Shown here: positions 9,018 to 17,430 of the stretch, one piece after another
Layout: the number at the start of each line of letters is the position of its first letter
Position numbering within the stretch: position 1 is the first letter of the stretch
IMG/VR virus record: IMGVR_UViG_3300017989_000071
Coordinates: 53,645-117,644 of that record
Strand: one strand, 5' to 3'
DNA from: a virus
Length of the DNA stretch: 64,000 nt
The notes under the pieces: model-generated
The model's database searches: none
The model's input: only the letters and a program-made list of their open reading frames with translations
What the model was told of the DNA's origin: nothing
Position numbers and translations under genes: made by a program

Positions 9018-10012
9018 TAGATCACCTGCCGTTGCATCAACTCAATCCCTGTTCGGAACGGATCGTAGTCAATCGCCTGATCGAGGTGCCGCTGCATCTC
9101 GGGTCCGAGGGATGAGGGGTCTTCGTTTTGGGGGAGAGTAACGAGACGGGCTTCGCGTTCGTGGGAGAAGAGAAACTGACAAATCTCGATGGATTGCTGC
9201 AACGCATCGGGATCGAGGGCCACAGAAAACTTAACATGTTTACCTAGTTGAAGAAGCATGTCGTACTGCTCCGCGCTGGCCCTGCTTCCGAGAATCGCCA
9301 CCCCGTTCTTCCCGGTCGAGATCGCATCGAACACCCCTTCCGTTATCACCACGTGATCGAACTTCGCCCGGCGCACCCGGTCGTAGTTGTAAACCCATCT
9401 CGATTTCCGGCTGTCGATTGGGAACTCGTACTTCCGATACTGACGAGGATTCCGGTTGACGAGATCGAGCATTTCGAGGGTGTAGGCCCGCGCCACCCAA
9501 ATCCGCAGCTCGTCCTCCCCCAACACCCGCTCGTAGTCCGGGCAAACGATTCGGCCCCGGAGATCGCCCAGCCCGTCACCGAGGCCGTACCACTCCGCAA
9601 TCTCCGGGGTCACCCCGCGCTTCGCGAGGTAGAATCGAATCTCCCCTTCCCAGCGAATCGGTCGAATCATCTCCGGCTCCGGGCAGTACGCCGGTCCGCT
9701 CTCCTCCTCCTCCTCGGCGAGCTGGCCGAAACGCAGCGTCCGGATCGTCCGCGCCATCGAGTCCTCCCAACCGACCAGTGAAGGCTTATCCGGGTCTACC
9801 CCGATCAGGAAATACAGATAAGTCAACGTCCCCGCCGCCTTACAGCGTTGACAGATAAACATGCGCTTCCGGGTGTTGTAGTAGAGATGGTACTTCGTAT
9901 CGGGCGACTTCTTCCCGTTCCGTAGACAGACCGGGCAGCAGAAACGAACTTCGTTTCTCGGGGCATTCAGCGGCGTCCCGAGACGACCAATTAGATTCGC
10001 CGGGACTACCAT
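9017..10012 (-). CDS. DNA primase (zinc finger plus TOPRIM)
   Basis: CCPVC...HLYYN...CQRC zinc finger; TOPRIM VITEGVFDAI and ALDPD. Confidence 0.88.
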   Translation of the reverse strand: MVVPANLIGRLGTPLNAPRNEVRFCCPVCLRNGKKSPDTKYHLYYNTRKRMFICQRCKAAGTLTYLYFLIGVDPDKPSLVGWEDSMARTIRTLRFGQLAEEEEESGPAYCPEPEMIRPIRWEGEIRFYLAKRGVTPEIAEWYGLGDGLGDLRGRIVCPDYERVLGEDELRIWVARAYTLEMLDLVNRNPRQYRKYEFPIDSRKSRWVYNYDRVRRAKFDHVVITEGVFDAISTGKNGVAILGSRASAEQYDMLLQLGKHVKFSVALDPDALQQSIEICQFLFSHEREARLVTLPQNEDPSSLGPEMQRHLDQAIDYDPFRTGIELMQRQVI

Positions 10013-10119
10013 CGCTCACCTGTTTGTATCATGCAAGGTTCCGTGTCTTCCGTAACACAGGCGACCCACCGCCGAACGAGGAGTAAGTACGATGGGCCGC
10101 CCCACAAAAGGTAAGACCG

Positions 10120-10148
10120 ATAATACCTCGGTCGTTAGGGGTTGTCAA
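10120..10148 (-). promoter_or_regulatory. Sigma70-type promoter for the primase/polymerase operon
   Basis: TTGACA (10148-10143), 17 bp, TATTAT (10125-10120). Confidence 0.65.
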
Positions 10149-10642
10149 GCGAAATCTTCCTCCTTCTGAGAAATCGCCACGAAGCGGTTATCCCCGAGAA
10201 TCCAGCCGATCCCTCCCTTAACGGTGGACCAGTCCAGCTCCCCAGCACCGCATCCGGGCCGGGGCAGCCAAACCTCGTCGTATTCCTCCCACACCCGGAG
10301 AACCTTCACCTTCTCGACGAGCTGTTTGGCACTACGGATAATCAGGTCCATATCGGAAGGGAGTCGCCACTCGTATTTGGTTGGAAAACTGAATAAATCG
10401 GCTTTCCGGGAGGGGTGGGGTCCGTAAACACCGCGTAGGTCGTGGACGACGTTACCCACTGAAGAGATCATCCCCCCAAGAACGCGGTCGATGCCGGGAT
10501 ACCGTTCGGCGGCTGCTCGCGCACACCCCCGGCCCATCACCGCCGTCCCGTCCGAGTGGATTTCGCCGTTCGTCGTAATGCACCGCAGAACGATCTGCCC
10601 CTCGGGTGGAACGGACCAAAGATCGGTTGCTCGCTCACGCAT
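10145..10642 (-). CDS. Macrodomain (ADP-ribose processing, DarG/Poa1p-like) protein
   Basis: ITTNG....AVMGRGCA...AERYP, FSFPTKYEWR, LPRPGCGAGELDW. Confidence 0.85.
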   Translation of the reverse strand: MRERATDLWSVPPEGQIVLRCITTNGEIHSDGTAVMGRGCARAAAERYPGIDRVLGGMISSVGNVVHDLRGVYGPHPSRKADLFSFPTKYEWRLPSDMDLIIRSAKQLVEKVKVLRVWEEYDEVWLPRPGCGAGELDWSTVKGGIGWILGDNRFVAISQKEEDFA

Positions 10643-10871
10643 TGGACTCTCCGGCCAGCCGAGCGGCCTCGCGCAGAGCAGGGTAAGACTTACGTACCTG
10701 AATCGCTCCGTCGGAAAACGCAGCCACCAGATCGCGAAGGAGTGCGCTCACGTTCCCCTCGTAGTCGGTAACCTCCTCGGCCACCTCTTCGATCCGGTCC
10801 CGGACGCTCCTCCCGATCACCGATTGAATCCGTACACTGTCCTCGCCTTCGAGAACTCGTCGTCGTGGCAT
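10635..10871 (-). CDS. Ribbon-helix-helix (CopG/Arc-like) DNA-binding protein
   Basis: Alternating beta-strand VRIQSVI, helix RSVRDRIEEVAEE, second helix NVSALLRDLVAAF; RBS GGAGAAGG. Confidence 0.55.
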   Translation of the reverse strand: MPRRRVLEGEDSVRIQSVIGRSVRDRIEEVAEEVTDYEGNVSALLRDLVAAFSDGAIQVRKSYPALREAARLAGESNA

Positions 10872-10919
10872 ACGCCTTCTCCATCTCTGCTCCCACGCAT
10901 TTTGTTAGTAGATAAAGTA

Positions 10920-11621
10920 TCATCCCGTTTCCGCCTCTCCCCCGTCGTCTTCCTCTTCCACCGAATACACGTTGGCGAGGGCATTCCGAACGCGCTCGCG
11001 CAACGGCTCGTTGCTCGACCCAATGACCGATCCGGGGTGAACCGGCGCATGGCTCTCGTCGTCGATCCAGTGCTCGGCGAGATCGGCCAGAATCCGCAGG
11101 CCGTCCGCGCCGCTGACCTCTTGCTTGTACCCCTCGAAGCCGATGGCCTCGTAGAGGGGAATCCAGTGCTCGTCGTAGAAGTTGTAACCGGCCCCGTCCA
11201 CACAGATGAAGACGCCGACGGCATCGTCCTCGCACACCCGGACGTTCGCCTTCTCGGCCAGCTCTTGCGCCCGGCTCCGGAGAATCGACTCCATCGCCGA
11301 ATCGTCGGCGACGAAGAGGGTGCCCCACATCGGGGGATCGCGGAACAGGGTCAGCTCGCTCGCCTCGAACACCTCGTCGGGATCGTTCGGGCACCGCACC
11401 TGATCGATATACTCGTCGGTCGGATGCTCGACCGCCTCGAACTCCTCGCGGTCGAACTCTTCTCCGCAATTCGGACAGGTACGGGTCGCCGCACCCAACA
11501 CCGTGACGCGATCATACCAGTCCTCGGTCGGAATGGTATCCTGCTTGACGAAAGAAAAGTCGCGGTCCATCCACGCCTCGACAGCGGCCCGCTTCGTTGC
11601 ATACCTCGGAAACCTCTTCAC
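10920..11621 (-). CDS. Hypothetical phage protein with a small Cys motif (CPNC...CPND)
   Basis: GTG start after AACGAGGAGAA RBS; phage-like acidic composition. Confidence 0.7.
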   Translation of the reverse strand: MKRFPRYATKRAAVEAWMDRDFSFVKQDTIPTEDWYDRVTVLGAATRTCPNCGEEFDREEFEAVEHPTDEYIDQVRCPNDPDEVFEASELTLFRDPPMWGTLFVADDSAMESILRSRAQELAEKANVRVCEDDAVGVFICVDGAGYNFYDEHWIPLYEAIGFEGYKQEVSGADGLRILADLAEHWIDDESHAPVHPGSVIGSSNEPLRERVRNALANVYSVEEEDDGGEAETG

Positions 11622-11635
11622 GTTATTCTCCTCGT

Positions 11636-12040
11636 TCAGTACGGTTCGCATTCCCAGAGCAGGGTCTCGAAGGCCGTATCGCCCACGAGCTCCTTCAGCT
11701 CCTTCGTTTGGTTCTCGGTCGCTTCGTACCGGCGGACGGAATCTTCCCGATCATCCCACGGGTCGAAGCCCAGATCGTCACACCACTCCTCGAAGGAGCT
11801 GGCGTTCTCGATAGTCACCGCATCGAGAGCAAGGCACGACAAAACATCCGCCGCCTCGGGGGAGCGTTTCCACCCAGTCCCCGTGCTGAAGTGGATGGTC
11901 ATAGACTCCCGCGACCCTTCTCCCCCGGAGACGGTCACCGTGTAATGGTTCCCCGCTCCCGGCCAGAAGGGATTCACCTCATCGGTCCGGTCAGCCTCGA
12001 CCTTGATACCGTGTTGTTCGATAAAGTCTTGAATCGTCAT
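11636..12040 (-). CDS. Hypothetical phage protein (first gene after an early promoter)
   Basis: ATG 12040 after AACGAGGAC RBS, immediately downstream of promoter 12066-12094. Confidence 0.75.
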   Translation of the reverse strand: MTIQDFIEQHGIKVEADRTDEVNPFWPGAGNHYTVTVSGGEGSRESMTIHFSTGTGWKRSPEAADVLSCLALDAVTIENASSFEEWCDDLGFDPWDDREDSVRRYEATENQTKELKELVGDTAFETLLWECEPY

Positions 12041-12065
12041 GTCGTTGTCCTCGTTCATGTAGCGT

Positions 12066-12094
12066 ATGATAATATCTTTCGAGTACGTTGTCAA
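12066..12094 (-). promoter_or_regulatory. Early sigma70-type promoter with conserved CGTACTCGAA spacer
   Basis: TTGACA-ACGTACTCGAAAGATAT-TATCAT. Confidence 0.85.
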
Positions 12095-12393
12095 GCCTTT
12101 TTTGTGCGATCTTCGTTCGGAGCGCGATACCAATCGTTAAGGGTACAGGTACACCCCTCGCCGATTGCCATCATCCGCGCCAGCTTCGAGTCGGCCCCGT
12201 GATCGAGGATCAACTGGCAGTAATGTCGTTGATCCTCCTCGGACCAGACCAACCCCCGGCAAGGCGGTTCGACCGGCTCGTTGCACTCATAGAACTCGAT
12301 GCCCAGAGCGCACACCTGCTTCACGCAGCAGAAGCCGCAACCGACGCAGGGGGGATAACCCCCCTTGTCGTAGATCGTCGGAAAGTCCGTCAC
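12091..12393 (-). CDS. Small Cys-rich protein (CxxCGxCC, YkgJ-like metal cluster); not called separately in the ORF track
   Basis: GTG 12393 overlaps the ardC TGA; VTDFPTIYDKGGYPPCVGCGFCCVKQVC...C...C...CTC. Confidence 0.65.
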   Translation of the reverse strand: MTDFPTIYDKGGYPPCVGCGFCCVKQVCALGIEFYECNEPVEPPCRGLVWSEEDQRHYCQLILDHGADSKLARMMAIGEGCTCTLNDWYRAPNEDRTKKA

Positions 12394-13313
12394 GCCGCTT
12401 CCTCCTGATCGTCTTCGTCTTCCTCTTCGGCGGACTGAGCCGCGAGGATCAGGTCCGCCGCCTTCTGCGCCTGAGCCGCCGCGTAGACCAGCAGCTTCCG
12501 GTCGTCCTTCAACTTCGCGAGCCAATTCTTGATGTAGGCCGCGCTGTTGTCGATCACCACGTTCTCGATCCCGCAGAACCCGCACAGGCAGCTCGCGCCC
12601 AACTCGGCGACCAGCTCCTCCTGAGAGTAATTGTTGCCGCCGAAACCGTCGTGCTCGACCAAGCTCTTCCGGTTGAGACGATCCTTGTGGCCGGTCGAAT
12701 GGGAGAGCTCGTGAAACAGGGTGGAGTAGAACGCCTCGGAAGTCTTGAAGTGCTCCGGCTTCGGGCAGCCGATGTAGTCGGTACCCGCGATATAAAAAGC
12801 GTGGCTCCCGCCGAACTTGATCTCCGGCTTCTCTTCCCAGCCGTCCACCACCCGACCGCACACCTCGATAGGGGTGAAGTCCGCGCTCGGCTTCGCCGCC
12901 TCGGGAATCCGGTCTTCCAGACCGTCGCACTGCTCGACGTTGAACACGGTGTAGTAGCGCAGCAGGGGAATCTTGTCCACAATCGGCTCCCCCTTCTCGT
13001 TGGTCTGGCCGGTCTCTTTTTCGAGAATGCGCCAGAACACGACCGGGGTACCGCGCTCGCCCTTGCGAACCTGACCGCCAAGGGTCTTGGCCTGCTTGTA
13101 GGTCACCCACCACGGCGTCGCGTAACCCGAACCCAGCAGCAACCAGACGTTGATGCCGCGATACGGCTTCTTGCTCACGAGATTGCGGTGGAAACCGCCG
13201 CCGCCCGGAACCGACCACGGCTTCTGCCACGGCACCACACCCTGCTCCAGCAGCGCGATAATCCGATCCGTCACGATCTCGTATACGTCTTTTTTGGATT
13301 TCGTCTTAGCCAT
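12390..13313 (-). CDS. ardC: ArdC-family antirestriction ssDNA-binding protein with zincin-like domain
   Basis: VTDRIIALLEQGVVPWQKPW, YRGINVWLL, FNVEQ, TLFHELSHSTGH..RLNR, YSQEELVAELG. Confidence 0.9.
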   Translation of the reverse strand: MAKTKSKKDVYEIVTDRIIALLEQGVVPWQKPWSVPGGGGFHRNLVSKKPYRGINVWLLLGSGYATPWWVTYKQAKTLGGQVRKGERGTPVVFWRILEKETGQTNEKGEPIVDKIPLLRYYTVFNVEQCDGLEDRIPEAAKPSADFTPIEVCGRVVDGWEEKPEIKFGGSHAFYIAGTDYIGCPKPEHFKTSEAFYSTLFHELSHSTGHKDRLNRKSLVEHDGFGGNNYSQEELVAELGASCLCGFCGIENVVIDNSAAYIKNWLAKLKDDRKLLVYAAAQAQKAADLILAAQSAEEEDEDDQEEAA

Positions 13314-13348
13314 TTTATTCTCCTCGTTCGTTTGTCAGTCTCAATCGT

Positions 13349-13377
13349 ATTATATTACCTTTCGAGTACGATGTCAA
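13349..13377 (-). promoter_or_regulatory. Early sigma70-type promoter with conserved CGTACTCGAA spacer (drives ardC)
   Basis: TTGACA-TCGTACTCGAAAGGTAA-TATAAT. Confidence 0.88.
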
Positions 13378-13416
13378 GAGTATTTTTCGACTTTTTTCGT
13401 TTTCCCCTAAAATCCA

Positions 13417-13458
13417 AGAAAAACCCCCGATGCCAGCGTGGGAGCGGCACCGGGGGTC
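13417..13458 (-). terminator. Intrinsic terminator after helicase
   Basis: ACCCCCGGTGCC...GGCATCGGGGGT stem followed by a T-run on the minus strand. Confidence 0.7.
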
Positions 13459-13497
13459 GGGCCGGTGAGAGCGGAAGAGGAAGTTGACCCCCACCGG

Positions 13498-14826
13498 CTA
13501 TTCTGCCTCGCCCTCGTCCTTGCGCGTCGCATCTTCGAGAATCGAGGCCCGTTTGTAATCGGAGCGCGTATACACGCGGTACTGGCTCTCTGCGCGACGG
13601 AACTTGTCAACCCAGATGTATTCTTTATTTACTGTAAGAATTATGTCGGCCTTGTTTGTCTTCTGCGAACTGTTGGCGACGTTGAACTGGCTGAGCTGCA
13701 CCTTCCTCGGATTTCCGTACAAGGTCTTGCGGCTGATCTGACTCGGAGCGATCACGACCGCCTTGACCTCCTTCGCCAAGTCCATCAAGGAATCGTAAAT
13801 CTCCCCCATCGTCGAATACATCTGCTCCCCGGTCCCGCCGCGAAGCTGATCGGGATAGTCCACGACAACCATCGAAGGGGAGACATTGTACCGGGCCATC
13901 GCCGCCGTCACGTGAGATCGTATCTGCCCGAAGCGCGTCTTCCCCGGCGGAAACTCCTTGACCAATATCTGCTTCGACCCCAGACCCATCTCCTTGAACC
14001 GCTGCTCGTAGAGGGCAGACCCCTTCACGATCTCGTGCATCGCCACCCCCGACAATTTCGAGGCATAACGCAGCAGCACATCGTGCTCGTTCAGATCGCC
14101 AATCGTGTAATGGAAGACCACCCCGTTACGCCGTGCCTCGAAAGCCGCGAGGTTCACGGCCAGCATCGACTTCCCGCCACCGCTGAACCCGAGGATCACG
14201 ACCAGCTCGCCCTTACCGAATCCTCCGTAGGATCGCTCGTTCAATGTGGGAAACGGAGTCAATACCCGGCCATCCGGGTTGTAGGAAGTCTGCCGCAGAA
14301 TCTCCGGAAGGTCGGCCCCCACCTCGGACATCCGCGTCCCGATATTCGCCACGTCGTCCCCGACCCGACTCGCCGTCTGCAACCATTCGAGATAATCCGA
14401 AGCGTGGCTCCGCTCCTCGGGGGGCAGCATCAGCTCTTCGGCAATCCGGGCGACCGCCTCCCTCTCGGCGCAGTCCTTGGCGAACTGGATAACCTGCGTG
14501 CGGATATAGACTTCGTCGGTCAGGTCCGCTTTCGTGTAAGCGTAGTCGATCTCCTTGATCGCCCCCTCGATACTCTCGTTCGGCAACCCGTGCTGCCTTG
14601 CCCAACTCTCCAGCGCGACAACCATGCTGTCCCGCGTCGGAACCTGCCCGTGCTCGTCGTAGTGGTTGAGCGCGATACGAGCAAGGGGGACCAGCAGATC
14701 GTGCGCAAAATAGGCCGAGTCGATTGCATCGCGAAAGTGGACGAGAAACATCGGATCGCGGACGATCAGGGCAAATATCTTGCGCTGGAATCCGAGACCG
14801 AACGGGTATTTTCCATGCCCCTCCAT
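13498..14826 (-). CDS. Replicative DNA helicase (DnaB/gp41-like)
   Basis: GELVVILGFSGGGKS Walker A, VVVDYPD Walker B, PSQISR, NSSQKTNKADII; ATG 14826 overlaps the upstream TGA. Confidence 0.88.
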   Translation of the reverse strand: MEGHGKYPFGLGFQRKIFALIVRDPMFLVHFRDAIDSAYFAHDLLVPLARIALNHYDEHGQVPTRDSMVVALESWARQHGLPNESIEGAIKEIDYAYTKADLTDEVYIRTQVIQFAKDCAEREAVARIAEELMLPPEERSHASDYLEWLQTASRVGDDVANIGTRMSEVGADLPEILRQTSYNPDGRVLTPFPTLNERSYGGFGKGELVVILGFSGGGKSMLAVNLAAFEARRNGVVFHYTIGDLNEHDVLLRYASKLSGVAMHEIVKGSALYEQRFKEMGLGSKQILVKEFPPGKTRFGQIRSHVTAAMARYNVSPSMVVVDYPDQLRGGTGEQMYSTMGEIYDSLMDLAKEVKAVVIAPSQISRKTLYGNPRKVQLSQFNVANSSQKTNKADIILTVNKEYIWVDKFRRAESQYRVYTRSDYKRASILEDATRKDEGEAE

Positions 14827-15110
14827 CACCGGGGAACGAACTCGTCGCCAACCTGCGCGGCGTAGTAGTCCCGCCACGCCCGAATCTCAAGGCGATTCGA
14901 GGGGTGGGAAAGAAGACGCCGATAAGCCAGCCGGTCTAACTGAAATCCGACCGCTTCCTCCAGCTCGGCAACGGCCTCGTTGATGCCTCCCTCCTCATCG
15001 GGTACGAACTCCCCCGCCAGAGAACAATCGACCCGAATGGACTCGAACTCTCCGATATTGAGGGTCACCCCGGAAGACACACTGATCCTGTCGATGTTTA
15101 CTTTGGGCAT
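14826..15110 (-). CDS. Hypothetical phage protein, translationally coupled to the helicase
   Basis: GGAG RBS 7 nt from ATG; ATGA overlap with the helicase. Confidence 0.75.
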   Translation of the reverse strand: MPKVNIDRISVSSGVTLNIGEFESIRVDCSLAGEFVPDEEGGINEAVAELEEAVGFQLDRLAYRRLLSHPSNRLEIRAWRDYYAAQVGDEFVPR

Positions 15111-15142
15111 TGCAAGGCTCCCTTCACTGCTTTGTGTGTAAA

Positions 15143-15253
15143 CTATTTACCAGCCAAGAACCGCAGAACCCACAACGCTCCCTTGTAGAGAACATGCAGG
15201 GTCAGGCCGATCACCAGACTGCAAATCACGATTCCGGTCGTACTCATTTCCAT
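15143..15253 (-). CDS. 36-aa single-pass membrane peptide (below the ORF-track cutoff)
   Basis: GAGGAG RBS, MEMSTTGIVICSLVIGLTLHVLYKGALWVLRFLAGK*; fills the gap between the DHH gene and 15110. Confidence 0.6.
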   Translation of the reverse strand: MEMSTTGIVICSLVIGLTLHVLYKGALWVLRFLAGK

Positions 15254-15286
15254 GTGGATTCTCCTCTTCCTTCGATTGACCCGCCG

Positions 15287-16168
15287 CTAGGCTCCCACGC
15301 CCGGCAGGTTGAGAGGTTGAGGGAGACGGAAGCCAGCCGCATGACGGTGACCCCCGCCCCCATAACCTTTGGCGACCTCGGACACGTCCATGCCCCGGTC
15401 GTTACTCCTGAGTGAATACAGGTAGTCCCCCTCGCGTGTCTGAAACCAGACAACCGCAAAGGGGCGATCCTCGGCCAACCTGTTACCGACCTCCGACATG
15501 TGGATCGAAGCGCAGCAGGTGGGCACAACCGCAGTCCCCGCCCTTCCATTCCCGCGCAAAGGGAACTCGACATCCCTTGCGTTTTCGACTGCTTGATCGA
15601 CGATCTTGTTCCGGTATCGCAGAAGAAGTTTCCCGCGCTCGATCAGGTCTTCGAGGCCGTTGTTCATCATGTTCGTGGACAACTCCTCCCAGACTCCAAG
15701 CTCACGCTCGGTCACCCAGATCAGCGCGTTTACCGCCTCGCTGTCGGGCATCTCCCACCTCCAGAGATCGCGATCCTCGACGTAATCGACGATATAGGGC
15801 CGTGGCGTATCGGGATTGAAGTAATCCCACGCCAGCCCGCAGCCGGATCGGTTCATGTCGAACGTACAGAAGGGCAAACCCTCACAATTCGCCCTCGCCG
15901 TCTTGTGGTGATCGAAGACCAGAAGCCCGGCGGCTTCCTCCTGCATCCGAAGCAGACTCTCGCGGGGATAGCTGAAGTCGAAGATCAGGACAAACTTCCC
16001 GGCCAGATTTTGCGGCGGCCCCTCGCCGTACTTCGCGAAGATCACTTCGTAGGGGATTCCGGTTTCTCGCAGATGCCGATGTGCGACCCACGCCGCCGTG
16101 AACCCGTCAGCGCAATTCGCGTGAGAGATCACCAGCACCTCCCTTGCGTTGTCCGGCAGCTGAAACAT
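15287..16168 (-). CDS. DHH/DHHA1 phosphoesterase (NrnA/NrnB-like)
   Basis: SHANCADG, FDFSY, FDHHKT, DRDLW, GGGGHRHAAGF; AAGGAG RBS before ATG 16168. Confidence 0.88.
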   Translation of the reverse strand: MFQLPDNAREVLVISHANCADGFTAAWVAHRHLRETGIPYEVIFAKYGEGPPQNLAGKFVLIFDFSYPRESLLRMQEEAAGLLVFDHHKTARANCEGLPFCTFDMNRSGCGLAWDYFNPDTPRPYIVDYVEDRDLWRWEMPDSEAVNALIWVTERELGVWEELSTNMMNNGLEDLIERGKLLLRYRNKIVDQAVENARDVEFPLRGNGRAGTAVVPTCCASIHMSEVGNRLAEDRPFAVVWFQTREGDYLYSLRSNDRGMDVSEVAKGYGGGGHRHAAGFRLPQPLNLPGVGA

Positions 16169-16169
16169 G

Positions 16170-16494
16170 TAGATCACACTCCTTTCGTTTAATAGGGGTC
16201 CGTTCACGGTTCTCTCAGCCCCACGGACCAACAAGGCTATCGCCTCCGTGTAGGCGAAACTCAGATCGTTTTAATGCGGGCCTCTCACCCGCTCAGTCAT
16301 CTTGGCCTGTTCGCTGGTGGTTGTCCTTTCGGATCGGTATCCCAGCAGGGGGCAATACCCGGCGGTGACTCGCCATCAGTAGGATTGGCTACCCACCCAT
16401 CCTTATCGTTATGCGGGCCTTCCACCCGCCCGTGCCGTGACTACCGGCCTTTGGCGGCCCCACTGTTAGGGGGCATGAATCGCTGACGCCTTAC
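16170..16494 (-). ncRNA. Putative ~320-nt structured RNA / leader upstream of the DHH gene
   Basis: Lies downstream of its own promoter and has no substantial ORF. It carries many hairpins, including two related T-loop hairpins (16429-16413 and 16292-16276) and a GAAA tetraloop (16333-16324). Confidence 0.55.
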
Positions 16495-16499
16495 GTAAT

Positions 16500-16528
16500 A
16501 GCATACATACACCGTAGTACCTTGTCAA
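16500..16528 (-). promoter_or_regulatory. Sigma70-type promoter upstream of the structured RNA
   Basis: TTGACA (16528-16523), 17 bp, TATGCT (16505-16500). Confidence 0.65.
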
Positions 16529-16788
16529 CCCTGCCGCCCGTGCCGCTTCAGCAAGGCAGTCGCCCGCGCCACGAAGCACTCGTTCCTCGGCTGGCAATTA
16601 TGGGTCTGACAACACCCGTGGTGATCGTGGTGGTCGCACGGACCCTGCACCCGAACGACATCTTCGAGGATGTCCAGAGCGAGATTCAGCTCTCGGGTCG
16701 CATCCATCGCTCGACGATTCTCGGGGTGGACACAGGATTCCATGATCGCCCGCTCCTCCTTCTCTTCCCATATTGGCAGCTGCTTCAT
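16525..16788 (-). CDS. Hypothetical Cys/His-rich protein
   Basis: ATG 16788 overlaps the upstream TGA; CDHHDHHGCCQTHNC motif. Confidence 0.65.
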   Translation of the reverse strand: MKQLPIWEEKEERAIMESCVHPENRRAMDATRELNLALDILEDVVRVQGPCDHHDHHGCCQTHNCQPRNECFVARATALLKRHGRQG

Positions 16789-17420
16789 TTGGCACCCCGC
16801 TTCCACCACCGCTTCGGTAAGGGCGGATCGCTCGGCAGCGACTGGAGGGAAACCACGGACAGGCTGTGGAACACCGCGTCCTCCACCGCAACGACCTCCT
16901 GATACGGTTTCCGGAAAATCCGCTCGGTGAACCACCGCTTGATCCTGATCCACCGGCTATCGACCCGCTCGCTCTGCCGCATCCCGCAGGACAGGGACAG
17001 GGCGAACTTCGAGGAGGACTGCGAGATCGTCACCGGCTCTCCGTTGACCTCCTCGACCGTCGGCGGCTTCACGCTGTTCCACAGGGCGTCGCCGCCCGGC
17101 GTGCGCTCCACGTCGATCACCGCCTCGATACCCTTCTCCGTCACCACCAGCTCGGAGACCATCCCCGCCTTCGGCCACGGCTTCTCCCGCTGGCGGAACT
17201 CGACCCAGAGCTTTCCCTCCTCGATCTTCTCGGTCAGGCTGGGTTCGGAGACCATCTTTTCCATCGCCTCGGGCGTCAACCCACCGTTCACCGCTGGGAA
17301 AGCCAGATGTCCCAACGGCATGATGCAGGAAGTCAGCAAACGGCGACCGTCCTCGCTAGCGTCCACCCGGAACACCTTCCCCGCCGTCGGATCACGTCTC
17401 AGTGTTTTCGGGAACTTCAT
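16785..17420 (-). CDS. Hypothetical phage protein
   Basis: GGAGAAGAGG RBS before ATG 17420; coupled stop/start downstream. Confidence 0.65.
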   Translation of the reverse strand: MKFPKTLRRDPTAGKVFRVDASEDGRRLLTSCIMPLGHLAFPAVNGGLTPEAMEKMVSEPSLTEKIEEGKLWVEFRQREKPWPKAGMVSELVVTEKGIEAVIDVERTPGGDALWNSVKPPTVEEVNGEPVTISQSSSKFALSLSCGMRQSERVDSRWIRIKRWFTERIFRKPYQEVVAVEDAVFHSLSVVSLQSLPSDPPLPKRWWKRGAK

Positions 17421-17430
17421 CCTCTTCTCC

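Noticed and set aside
12390-13230. ORF-track 379-aa ORF 12091-13230
   Set aside because: Most of it is an alternative frame inside ardC; only the last 100 codons (GTG 12393) look like a real gene.
16170-16494. tmRNA (GGGGCUGA and CCACCA both present), SRP RNA (UCCGAAAGGA) or c-di-GMP-I riboswitch (GUCACGGCACGGGC)
   Set aside because: There is no T-arm before CCACCA, the order and spacing are wrong, and there is no tag frame. The SRP CAGG/AGCAG internal loop and the GEMM GCAAAC/GCAAAG motifs are absent. Kept as an unclassified structured RNA.
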